This document shows, piece after piece, positions 44,001 through 51,614 of a DNA stretch of 64,000 nt (positions are counted from its first letter, which is position 1; each line of letters opens with the position of its first letter). The notes beneath the pieces were generated by a model. That model was given only the letters and a program-made list of their open reading frames with translations. It was not told the origin of the DNA and did not search any database. The DNA comes from Candidatus Staskawiczbacteria bacterium (GTDB taxonomy: Bacteria > Patescibacteriota > Minisyncoccia > Minisyncoccales > Staskawiczbacteraceae): assembly GCA_903845295.1 (NCBI GenBank), contig CAIMWV010000027.1, forward strand, positions 8,819 through 72,818, given 5' to 3'. A program made the position numbers and the translations under genes.

Positions 44001-45113
44001 CTAGGTGCCAGAGGCGTTTTCGTCGTAGATCGAGGGTGTCTGGTTCAATCTATCTTCGATATTGACTCCGAAGAACTCGGCGATGGGCTGGAAAATCTCG
44101 GGACTGTTTTTCTGAACTTCCCGAAGGCCCTCCAAGACCAGAAGAACGCCTTGCGCTGTCATTTTTCCCAGCGGCTCACGGCAGGGGCCGGACGGCATGC
44201 CCAAGATCCGCATCATAGTTTTGATGCCCACGGGGTTGCGGAACTTGTCTTTGACCTTGTAGATCTTTGTTTCAGCTCCATTTCCGGGAATGCTGACTTC
44301 GCGTTCGGCAGAAACAGTCACCAGCCTGAACAACGGCGCGAGTTTGGTATGCATCGCGGCCGCAGTTTCAGATTCTCTGTGCAGCAGGTGCTGGCACATC
44401 TTTTGCACCGCAGCCGGAGCGATGTTGGCGATCACCGAGATGACGCCGCAAGCTTGTATGCTGGTTTCGTTCATCATGTAGTAGGTCATGTCGTCATCGC
44501 CGGAAAAAATCTGGAAATCCGGCGGGGTTATACTGCGCGTCTCCCGGAATTTATCCATATTTCCGGTTGCCTGCTTCACGGCGCAGATATTGGGATAGCG
44601 CCGCGCCAAAACTCCAAGGTCCGCGCAAGAAAGCTCGCAGCCCGTGCGCCCCGGAATTATGTAAGGCACAATCGGCAAATTGGGATGCAGCGCGGCAATC
44701 GGCCCGTAGTAATGGCGGGCGATCTCAAAGGAAGACGGCCCGTTGTAGTAAGGATCAACCATCAACGCTCCGTCGCAACCAGAAGCCTCGGCCAAAGCAA
44801 CGTAGGATTTGGCTTCTTTGGTGGAATTGGACCCGCAGCCGGCCAGGATGCCCAACTTTTCCTGGCTGTTGGAGTTAATTTCATGGACCAGTCTGGCTGA
44901 CTCAACAATCACCAGGTGATGCCCGCGCTCATTCAGTGTCGAGGTTTCACCGGTTGTTCCCATGGGAACAATTCCGGACACATTGTTTGAAGCGAAGAAA
45001 CTGACCAGCCTGGCGATGCCGGGCCGGTCTATTTTCCCATCCTTCAAAAAAGGCGTTACCATGGCTACCCATGCGCCTGTGGCCAACCGTAACTTCTTTT
45101 CCTGCGTTTCCAT
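44001..45113 (-). CDS. DapA/NAL-family class I aldolase (dihydrodipicolinate synthase-like) with C-terminal extension (GC-rich module)
   Basis: GIVPMGTTGETSTL and ICAVKQATGN (Schiff-base Lys block); 370 aa versus about 290 typical; taggag SD. Confidence 0.75.
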   Translation of the reverse strand: METQEKKLRLATGAWVAMVTPFLKDGKIDRPGIARLVSFFASNNVSGIVPMGTTGETSTLNERGHHLVIVESARLVHEINSNSQEKLGILAGCGSNSTKEAKSYVALAEASGCDGALMVDPYYNGPSSFEIARHYYGPIAALHPNLPIVPYIIPGRTGCELSCADLGVLARRYPNICAVKQATGNMDKFRETRSITPPDFQIFSGDDDMTYYMMNETSIQACGVISVIANIAPAAVQKMCQHLLHRESETAAAMHTKLAPLFRLVTVSAEREVSIPGNGAETKIYKVKDKFRNPVGIKTMMRILGMPSGPCREPLGKMTAQGVLLVLEGLREVQKNSPEIFQPIAEFFGVNIEDRLNQTPSIYDENASGT

Positions 45114-45139
45114 GATGTGACTCCTAAAATGCGGTTGTA

Positions 45140-45168
45140 ATTAAAGGTACAGAATTTAGCAGTATCAA
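45140..45168 (-). promoter_or_regulatory. sigma70-like promoter of DapA-like module
   Basis: Minus strand reads TTGATA-17 nt-TTTAAT. Confidence 0.5.
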
Positions 45169-45223
45169 CTGCCAAACGAATTTATGTTAGCCCTATTTCC
45201 ATTTTTTGTAAATATATTATTAA

Positions 45224-45238
45224 AGTGTCGCATAATAA
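45224..45238 (-). repeat. module-boundary motif variant (AGTGTCGCATAATAA)
   Basis: 2 nt after the dinB stop (minus strand). Confidence 0.7.
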
Positions 45239-45240
45239 TG

Positions 45241-46329
45241 TCACTTTACCATTTTTTCTAATCTTACGCCGATAAGGCGTATTAATTTGCTTTTTGGATT
45301 ACTCCTTTTATCCAAAAACGGCAAAATGAGCTTCAAAATTTCTATTTCAAACTTCTTTTCGTTATTTATATCAATCCCCTCTTTAAAAGTCTTAGAACTG
45401 GTTTTTGTCTCAAAATCAGCGAAGCGGACTGTAATTGTTACAGTTTTAAATTTAGAAAATCCGCTTTCTATAAATCTTTTAAAAACATTGCCGGATAATT
45501 CCTTCATCTTATCGTAAATAAGTACGGCGTTTAGCGTATTTTGATTAAACGTAGTTTGCTCCCCGATAGATTTTATCTCATGATATTCAGTAATCGGGTC
45601 GTCATCAATTCCCCTGGCTTTGTAATATATCTTCTCTCCCTGCTTGCCCAACATTTCTTTCAGTTCTTCTATGGAAGGTTTATTTAAATCTTCAATGGTT
45701 CGGATGCCTTTTTGATAAAAAATTTCGGCGGTCTTAGGGCCTATCCCGGGAAGCTCTCTTATGTCCAGCGGATTCAAAAATCTTTGCACGTCCTTTTCCA
45801 TAACTGAAAGCATTCCGTTAGGTTTATTGATTCCTGCTGCAATCTTAGAGACAAGCTTATTGGGACCGATTCCTACAGAACAGGTTATCTTTTCTTTTTT
45901 ATAAATTTCTTCCTTTATTTTTCTGCAAATGGCTTCTGCTTTTTTAAACGTTCCGGAAAAACTTAAATCAAAATAAAATTCATCTATGCTTGCCTGTTCC
46001 ACATCATCTGAATACTTTTTAATGATGTAAAGAATATTATCAGAAGCCTTGTTATATAACTCAAAATCTACAGGCAGGAAGATAACTCCTTCCTTGCATT
46101 GCTTTTTGGCTTCTTCTGACAGGCGCCATGCAAATGAAATGGGCATGGCTGAATGAATGCCATACTCCCTTGCTTTATAGTTTGCGGTGGATACAACTCC
46201 CCTGCCGATGCCATTGATTATCTCAGAACCTACAACAATGGGTTTTCCCGAAAAGCCAGGCGTGGCAGCCTCTTCAACTGAGGCGAAGAAAGCATCCATG
46301 TCCAGGTGCGCAATTATTCTTTTATCCAT
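45241..46329 (-). CDS. dinB: DNA polymerase IV
   Basis: IIAHLDMDAFFASVEE, Y-family palm/finger pattern, HhH GIGPKT. Confidence 0.9.
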   Translation of the reverse strand: MDKRIIAHLDMDAFFASVEEAATPGFSGKPIVVGSEIINGIGRGVVSTANYKAREYGIHSAMPISFAWRLSEEAKKQCKEGVIFLPVDFELYNKASDNILYIIKKYSDDVEQASIDEFYFDLSFSGTFKKAEAICRKIKEEIYKKEKITCSVGIGPNKLVSKIAAGINKPNGMLSVMEKDVQRFLNPLDIRELPGIGPKTAEIFYQKGIRTIEDLNKPSIEELKEMLGKQGEKIYYKARGIDDDPITEYHEIKSIGEQTTFNQNTLNAVLIYDKMKELSGNVFKRFIESGFSKFKTVTITVRFADFETKTSSKTFKEGIDINNEKKFEIEILKLILPFLDKRSNPKSKLIRLIGVRLEKMVK

Positions 46330-46335
46330 GTTTAA

Positions 46336-46344
46336 ATTCTACCA
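46336..46344 (-). promoter_or_regulatory. extended -10 promoter (TGgTAGAAT), leaderless geometry for dinB
   Basis: The -10 ends 6 nt before the A of the ATG. Confidence 0.45.
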
Positions 46345-46371
46345 CAAAAATACGCTCTGTATTCCTTCTTA

Positions 46372-46388
46372 TGTTGTCGCATAATGAA
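46372..46388 (-). repeat. module-boundary motif variant (TGTTGTCGCATAATGAA)
   Basis: Between the dinB start region and the terminator of the YfiH-like module. Confidence 0.7.
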
Positions 46389-46402
46389 AATATGCCGAAA
46401 TA

Positions 46403-46431
46403 TAAAAAAAATCGCATGTGGTTAATGCGAT
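46403..46431 (-). terminator. intrinsic terminator of YfiH-like module
   Basis: atcgcat-N7-atgcgat stem; T-run on the minus strand. Confidence 0.55.
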
Positions 46432-46459
46432 ATAGGTTCGGCAGTTGCCAAACCCTGTC

Positions 46460-47212
46460 TTATAAACAAGCGAGTGCCAAAAATCTTCCTTCGTGCCCGC
46501 AATTTTCAGCCCGGCGGTGCGAAGGAAAGATATATTCTTCGGATCCGGGAAGCCTCGAACAGCATGTGCAGATTTTGTCATCTGCAAAAATATTGCCCTC
46601 GGCTAATCCATATTCCTGAAGCTGTTTCCGCGCTTCTTCGCGTAGGTCCAATTTGTCATAACAGCATGGTCCGATGCCCGGGCCTATTGCCGCCACAATT
46701 CGGCTGGTAGATATTCCATGCTGGAGCATGTGTACTGCCTCCACTCCAATATGGATTATCTCAATCTCCAGGCTTTTCTTACTGACGTGCAGAAGGCAAC
46801 AAAACTGATAGTTGGGATCTGCCGATCCTAAGATTACCGGCAAACAATCTGCCGGGCAGAGCGTCAGTGGAATATTGATCATGGTCGTCGCTAAGCCATC
46901 GCATTTAAACGTTCCTCCGCCGGCAACGATATCTGTGATGTTTTTCTCGGTGACAACCTTGATCATGTTACCCACCCCGGGAATCATGTGAACCCGGTTT
47001 TTAGCTGAAATCCCGACCAGCTCGAAAAAAGCGGCTACGTTTCTATCAGCCGCAGCCTCATCTCCCGCCTCTTTAGCCCATCTGCGAGACATGTTCCCAA
47101 ACTGCTCGCCAGCCAAAACGGTTGAAAAAACGTTGAAAACAGGAAATTCTGAAAAAGACATCACCTGCTGCCCATGGTCATATTCTGCAAACGCCAAAGA
47201 TTTACTCTGCAT
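46460..47212 (-). CDS. YfiH/PgeF (DUF152, laccase-domain) family protein (GC-rich module)
   Basis: LTLCPADCLPVIL, CLLHVSKKSL and IGPGIGPCCY match the ADC.P / H / GP.I..C.Y pattern of the family; aaggag SD. Confidence 0.7.
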   Translation of the reverse strand: MQSKSLAFAEYDHGQQVMSFSEFPVFNVFSTVLAGEQFGNMSRRWAKEAGDEAAADRNVAAFFELVGISAKNRVHMIPGVGNMIKVVTEKNITDIVAGGGTFKCDGLATTMINIPLTLCPADCLPVILGSADPNYQFCCLLHVSKKSLEIEIIHIGVEAVHMLQHGISTSRIVAAIGPGIGPCCYDKLDLREEARKQLQEYGLAEGNIFADDKICTCCSRLPGSEEYIFPSHRRAENCGHEGRFLALACL

Positions 47213-47279
47213 AAATGCGCACTCCTTATTGCTTGATGGAAGGAACTAAATTCAGCGAGTTCGCCCGCTAAACATATAT

Positions 47280-47307
47280 ATTATATATGTTTATTACCTT
47301 TTGTCAA
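47280..47307 (-). promoter_or_regulatory. consensus sigma70 promoter of YfiH-like module
   Basis: Minus strand reads TTGACA-16 nt-TATAAT. Confidence 0.6.
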
Positions 47308-47346
47308 CGCTTAGTGTCTGTTGATTTGTTAGGAGGTATAATTAAA

Positions 47347-47407
47347 CTGTCGCACAATGGGTCGCACAATCGACAACAGTGTTGACACACTATTGTCGCC
47401 TAATCAA
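47347..47407 (-). repeat. cluster of boundary-motif copies (tandem CTGTCGCACAAT GGGTCGCACAAT, palindrome CGACAACAGTG-ttgaca-CACTATTGTCG, variant TATTGTCGCCTAATCAA)
   Basis: Read directly; four motif-related units within 61 nt. Confidence 0.75.
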
Positions 47408-47473
47408 TATTAAGCAACATTTTTGCAAAAAAGCCGCTTAATATTAAGACGCTGGCAAGTTTTCAGGTTTATA

Positions 47474-47488
47474 CTTGTCGCACAATTA
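47474..47488 (-). repeat. module-boundary motif (CTTGTCGCACAATTA)
   Basis: Core TTGTCGCACAAT exact. Confidence 0.75.
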
Positions 47489-47503
47489 ATTATCTAGTAT
47501 AAT
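47475..47503 (+). promoter_or_regulatory. promoter for LAGLIDADG gene using motif as -35
   Basis: TTGTCG-17 nt-TATAAT. Confidence 0.5.
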
Positions 47504-47531
47504 AAAAATATACAAACTTAAATCAAAAAAT

Positions 47532-48026
47532 ATGGCGAAAGAAAATTTTAATATTGTGACTTTGGTAAACAATGACGGATGCTTTGATTTGCAATTCAGG
47601 AAAGACACGAGGCACGAAAGGACCAACTCCCCCACTTACTACAGATGGAAGGCGCAATTTATAGTTACTTCCCCGAAAGATAATGTTAAAATTTTAGAAA
47701 AAATTAAAAATGAGATGGGCTGCGGCGAAGTAACCGTTTCAAAAGACCAGGCAAGGTTCTCAGTACAGAAAATCGGCGATATTGCGGAAAATATCGTGCC
47801 GTTCTTCAGAAAAAATTCTCTGTCGGATAAAAAGAAAAAAGATTTTGAGCTTTGGGCAAAAGGAGTCGAAGTAATCCAGAGGAATAAAGGAAAATATTTG
47901 GCCAGCTGGAAAAAGAATGACATATGCACCCTCATAGAAATCCACAAGTCATCAGCAAAATACAAAACGCATCCAAGAACTCCTAAGTGGTTAGACCTAG
48001 CAAAATCATTATCGAGAACAGCATAG
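47532..48026 (+). CDS. free-standing single-motif LAGLIDADG homing endonuclease
   Basis: LVNNDGCF (LAGLIDADG-like), IVPFFRKNSLSDKKKKDFELWAKGVEVI typical of the family; 164 aa. Confidence 0.7.
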   Translation: MAKENFNIVTLVNNDGCFDLQFRKDTRHERTNSPTYYRWKAQFIVTSPKDNVKILEKIKNEMGCGEVTVSKDQARFSVQKIGDIAENIVPFFRKNSLSDKKKKDFELWAKGVEVIQRNKGKYLASWKKNDICTLIEIHKSSAKYKTHPRTPKWLDLAKSLSRTA

Positions 48027-48076
48027 TTCGGAGCTCGCCCCGCTCAAATAAAAAATGTATAAAACGGGGTAAGAAT

Positions 48077-48133
48077 CGCCCAAGAATACCAAAATGGTTA
48101 GAAATGGCTAAAGTACTATCAAAAACAAATTAG
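48077..48133 (+). pseudogene. remnant C-terminus of a second LAGLIDADG gene
   Basis: Translates RPRIPKWLEMAKVLSKTN*, versus HPRTPKWLDLAKSLSRTA* at the end of 47532..48026. Confidence 0.6.
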
Positions 48134-48142
48134 TATCAACGA

Positions 48143-48169
48143 AAAAGCGAGGAACACCCTCGCTTTTTT
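48143..48169. terminator. bidirectional terminator
   Basis: aaaaagcgagg-aacac-cctcgctttttt. Confidence 0.65.
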
Positions 48170-48182
48170 ATATTATTTATAA

Positions 48183-48197
48183 TTTCACACAATAGAG
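48183..48197 (-). repeat. degenerate boundary motif (TTTCACACAATAGAG)
   Basis: 9/11 match to TGTCGCACAAT; 6 nt after the uppS stop. Confidence 0.35.
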
Positions 48198-48202
48198 ATC
48201 AT

Positions 48203-48889
48203 CTATTTGCCGAAACGGCGGGAACGCTTGTCAAATTCGGCTAAGGCTACGTCTAAATCCTGTTCCGTAAAATCCGGCCAGAATTTCGGGGAAAAATATA
48301 ACTCAGAATAAGCTGCCTGCCATAAGACAAAGTTGGACATACGCATTTCCCCGCCGGCCCTTATTATAAAATCAGGTGAGGGTAATCCGGCAGTTGATAA
48401 ATAGCTTTCGAATAATTTTTCATCAATTTTATCTGCCGGAATTTTTGCTTCAACAATTTTTTCTACCGCCTGCAAGATATCCCATTTCCCGCCGTAACTT
48501 ATCGCTAAATTTAGAAAAAGATTTGAATTATTTTTTGTCGCCTCCTCCGTTTTTTTAATGGCTTCCTGCAATGATTTCGGCAGCCTTTCACGCTGCCCTA
48601 TTACCCTCACTCTTGTCCCCTCTTTGTCATACTTGGATAAATTATCTATCAAGCAACTTTCCAAAAGCTTCATTAAATAATCGACTTCCTCTTTGGTCCT
48701 GTTCCAATTTTCAGTTGAAAAGCCGAAAGCCGTAAGAACTTTCACTCCCTTATTTTTGCACCATTCAGAAAAATCCAAAAGATTATTATATCCCTGTTTG
48801 TGGCCTTCCAATGTGCCTATACCCCTTTGTCTCGCCCATCTCCTGTTTCCGTCTGGAAATAAAACTATGTGCTGTGGAATGTTTTGCAT
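48203..48889 (-). CDS. uppS: undecaprenyl (isoprenyl) diphosphate synthase
   Basis: LFPDGNRRWA, FGFSTENWNR, IIRAGGEMRMSNFVLWQ. Confidence 0.9.
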   Translation of the reverse strand: MQNIPQHIVLFPDGNRRWARQRGIGTLEGHKQGYNNLLDFSEWCKNKGVKVLTAFGFSTENWNRTKEEVDYLMKLLESCLIDNLSKYDKEGTRVRVIGQRERLPKSLQEAIKKTEEATKNNSNLFLNLAISYGGKWDILQAVEKIVEAKIPADKIDEKLFESYLSTAGLPSPDFIIRAGGEMRMSNFVLWQAAYSELYFSPKFWPDFTEQDLDVALAEFDKRSRRFGK

Positions 48890-49076
48890 GTTACTGTTTT
48901 TGTAATATTTGTATCGGCTCTTTTGACTGGTATTTTGCAGTTATATATCCTGATGCAAAAGCAAGCAAAATTAAAAGCGCGACTATTATAAATAGCATTA
49001 TATCACTAAAATGGCCTTTGACAAAGTCTCTTATTTCTGATAACATAAGATTTATAATTAGTAACAAACAACTGAT

Positions 49077-49364
49077 ATGTCAAAAACTAAACAAGGAGGT
49101 TCGTCCAGGTTGGGAAGAGATTCGGCCGCCCAAAGGCTTGGAATTAAAATCTCAGCCGGCCAAAAGGTTAAAATTGGAATGATTATTGTGAGACAGCGCG
49201 GTACAAAATATCTTTTAGGCAAAAATGTGAAAAAAGGTTCTGATGACACCATTTATGCGATGAAAGACGGAGTAGTTAAATTTTCTTCAAAATCTAAAAA
49301 GCTTTTTAACGGATCGAGAAGGATAGCCAAGGTAGTTTCGGTCGAGCTCGGAAAAACAAAATAG
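49077..49364 (+). CDS. rpmA: 50S ribosomal protein L27
   Basis: [29 protein letters not shown]. Confidence 0.9.
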   Translation: MSKTKQGGSSRLGRDSAAQRLGIKISAGQKVKIGMIIVRQRGTKYLLGKNVKKGSDDTIYAMKDGVVKFSSKSKKLFNGSRRIAKVVSVELGKTK

Positions 49365-49373
49365 AATCCTACG

Positions 49374-49412
49374 AAAAAACCGCCTGAGCCCCATAGGGAC
49401 GGGCGGTTTTAT
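49374..49412. terminator. bidirectional terminator
   Basis: aaaaaaccgcc...ggcggtttt between rpmA and pyrG. Confidence 0.55.
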
Positions 49413-49414
49413 TT

Positions 49415-51037
49415 TTATTTCTGATTTTTTATCGCCGCCCTTACAAATTCCTTAAATAACGGGTGGGGTTTTAACGGCCTTGATTTAAATTCCGGATGGA
49501 ATTGGGTACCGATAAAAAATGGATGATCAGGAAGTTCAATAATTTCCACTAGGTTTTTCTGGGGATTAATTCCTGATATAATCAGGCCATTTTTTTCTAG
49601 GATTTCCCTGAACTCGTTGTTAACCTCGTAGCGATGGCGATGACGCTCGGAAATATTCGGTTTTCCATAAGCACTGAAAGTTTTAGTCATTGGTTTTAGT
49701 TTGCAATCATAAGCTCCTAATCTCATTGTCCCACCGTAATTTTTCTCTGCCAACAGAGCCTTTTGTTCCTGCATAAAATCGATGACCGGCGTGCAGTCTT
49801 TGGAGAGTTCGGTTGAGTTGGCGTTTTCGATTCCGCAGACATTTCTGGCAAATTCTATCACCGACAGCTGAAGGCCAAAACATAATCCCAAAAACGGTAT
49901 TTTGTGTTCCCGGCAAAATTTGATAGCTTTTATCTTACCCTCTACTCCCCTGTTCCCGAATCCGCCAGGAACTATTACGCCATCATACTTTTTTAATTCA
50001 GCCACCGCCCCGGCATCCTTTTCATATTTTTCCGCCGACAGCCAGGTTATTTCCGGTTTGGCATCCAAAGAATAAGCTGCATGTTTTATGGCTTCGATAA
50101 CCGATATATAAGAATCCATCAGGGTAAAGCTGCCTGTTTCAAAATACTTTCCAACAATTCCCACCTTGACTGTCTTCTTGGGATTTTTAATGATTTTGAC
50201 AAAATTTTTCCAGTCTTTCAGGTCTTTTTTCCTTGAATGTAAATCAAACTTTTTCAAAATTTTATTTCCCAAATTCTCTTGTTCAAAATTCACCGGTATT
50301 TCATAAATTGATTCAACATCGGGCGCAGAAATGATGTCGCCAGGAGTGACATTACAGTTAACGGCAATCTTTCTTTTTCTTAATTCATCAAGGGCCACCA
50401 TTGAACGGGCCAAAATTATGTCCGGCTGGATTCCCGCCGAGTTCAGGCTTCTTACAGCATACTGGGTCGGCTTGGTTTTCATTTCTCCTGGGAAATGAGG
50501 AATGGGCAGATAGCTGACCAAAACAAAAAGCACGTCTTTCGGGTGTTGCAATTTCATCATTCTGGCGGCTTCTAAAAAAAGAAGGTTCTGGTATTCGCCG
50601 ACTGTTCCGCCGATTTCAATTAAAACAAAATCTGCTTTTGCTTTTTTACCCGCCTTTTTGATTCTCGATATAACTTCGTTGGGAATATCAGGCACAACCT
50701 CAACACACCTCCCTCCATATTCCAAATTTCTTTCGCGGTTAATTACCGTCTGGTAAATCCGGCCGGTGGTCATATAATTATCGCTGTAAATATTCTCGTC
50801 TAAAAATCTCTCATAATTTCCCACATCCTGATCGCATTCATCGCCGTCTTCGGTAACAAAAACTTCCCCATGCTCTGTCGGGTTCATTGTCCCTGCGTCC
50901 ACGTTGATATAAGGGTCTATTTTAATCGCCGTGACACTGAATCCTTTGCTTTTTAAAATTTTACCCATTGATGCGGCGGCCACTCCTTTGCCAACGCCCG
51001 ACATTACTCCGCCAACGACGAAAATATATTTTTTCAT
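49415..51037 (-). CDS. pyrG: CTP synthase
   Basis: KYIFVVGGVMSGVGKG N-terminus; GLCFGLQ glutaminase Cys; 540 aa. Confidence 0.95.
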   Translation of the reverse strand: MKKYIFVVGGVMSGVGKGVAAASMGKILKSKGFSVTAIKIDPYINVDAGTMNPTEHGEVFVTEDGDECDQDVGNYERFLDENIYSDNYMTTGRIYQTVINRERNLEYGGRCVEVVPDIPNEVISRIKKAGKKAKADFVLIEIGGTVGEYQNLLFLEAARMMKLQHPKDVLFVLVSYLPIPHFPGEMKTKPTQYAVRSLNSAGIQPDIILARSMVALDELRKRKIAVNCNVTPGDIISAPDVESIYEIPVNFEQENLGNKILKKFDLHSRKKDLKDWKNFVKIIKNPKKTVKVGIVGKYFETGSFTLMDSYISVIEAIKHAAYSLDAKPEITWLSAEKYEKDAGAVAELKKYDGVIVPGGFGNRGVEGKIKAIKFCREHKIPFLGLCFGLQLSVIEFARNVCGIENANSTELSKDCTPVIDFMQEQKALLAEKNYGGTMRLGAYDCKLKPMTKTFSAYGKPNISERHRHRYEVNNEFREILEKNGLIISGINPQKNLVEIIELPDHPFFIGTQFHPEFKSRPLKPHPLFKEFVRAAIKNQK

Positions 51038-51070
51038 AAGCAGTTTAGTAGTTTCTATTTTTTATAGGAC

Positions 51071-51095
51071 AAAAGCCACGCTTCCGTGGCTTTTT
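51071..51095 (-). terminator. intrinsic terminator after rplI
   Basis: aaaagccacg-cttc-cgtggctttt. Confidence 0.6.
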
Positions 51096-51099
51096 GTTT

Positions 51100-51579
51100 T
51101 TACTCTTCTGCGAGGTCATCCTTAGATGTTGCTTCCGGCCCCGCTGTTATTATTACTTTTATTTCTGCCTCTAAATTATGGTCTAATTTTATATTTATCG
51201 GGAACTCTCCGGTTTCTTTAATAGGATTCTCTAGCTTAACCTGTGATTTCTTGACTTCAAACCCCATTTCCTTTAACTTTTCGACAATTTTTTGGCTGTT
51301 GATTGATTCAAAAAGTTGCCCCTCATCTCCAACCTTTACCACAATATTCAATTCCAACCCATCGAGGCCCGAAGCCAAGGCCTGCACTTTTTTCAAATCT
51401 TCTTCCGCTTCCTTTTCTATAACCAATTTTTGGTCTCCCAGCCATTTTAAAGCTTGCTTGGTTGCAGCTCTGGCTATTTTTTTTGGAAATAAAAAATTTC
51501 TTGCATGGCCATTTTTAACTTCTTTTATTTCGTATTTTTTGCCAAGACCTTCAACGTCTTGTAAGAGAATCACTTTCAT
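51100..51579 (-). CDS. rplI: 50S ribosomal protein L9
   Basis: MKVILLQDVEGLGKKYEIKEVKNGHARNFLFP. Confidence 0.9.
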   Translation of the reverse strand: MKVILLQDVEGLGKKYEIKEVKNGHARNFLFPKKIARAATKQALKWLGDQKLVIEKEAEEDLKKVQALASGLDGLELNIVVKVGDEGQLFESINSQKIVEKLKEMGFEVKKSQVKLENPIKETGEFPINIKLDHNLEAEIKVIITAGPEATSKDDLAEE

Positions 51580-51614
51580 GTTTGATTTTTCTAATTAACC
51601 TTAATATTTGTATT

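Noticed and set aside
44151-44900. 249-aa ORF antisense to the DapA-like gene (also 53916..54422 and 53212..53517 antisense to the secreted-protein gene, and 32235..32756 antisense to the HD gene)
   Set aside because: Arg/Gly/Pro-rich shadow ORFs with no SD. The opposite strand has recognisable motifs, signal peptides and SD sequences.
47347-47370. Tandem 12-nt repeats as a possible CRISPR or minisatellite
   Set aside because: Only two units with no spacers, and the units are copies of the dispersed boundary motif. No cas genes were seen apart from a generic Cas4-like nuclease 38 kb away.
40886-48197. Calling the array a canonical integron
   Set aside because: The repeats are about 15 nt, not 60-120-bp attC hairpins with R''/L''/L'/R' boxes. 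The cassettes carry their own promoters. The recombinase is not divergently placed with a Pc/attI arrangement, and I cannot verify an IntI-specific insertion by eye.
51086-51598. 170-aa + strand ORF over rplI; likewise 35317..35706 and 36040..36708 over murD, and 15539..15883 over 15543..15935
   Set aside because: Low-complexity Ser/Phe/Ile-rich translations of AT-rich antisense DNA. The opposite strands encode L9 and MurD.
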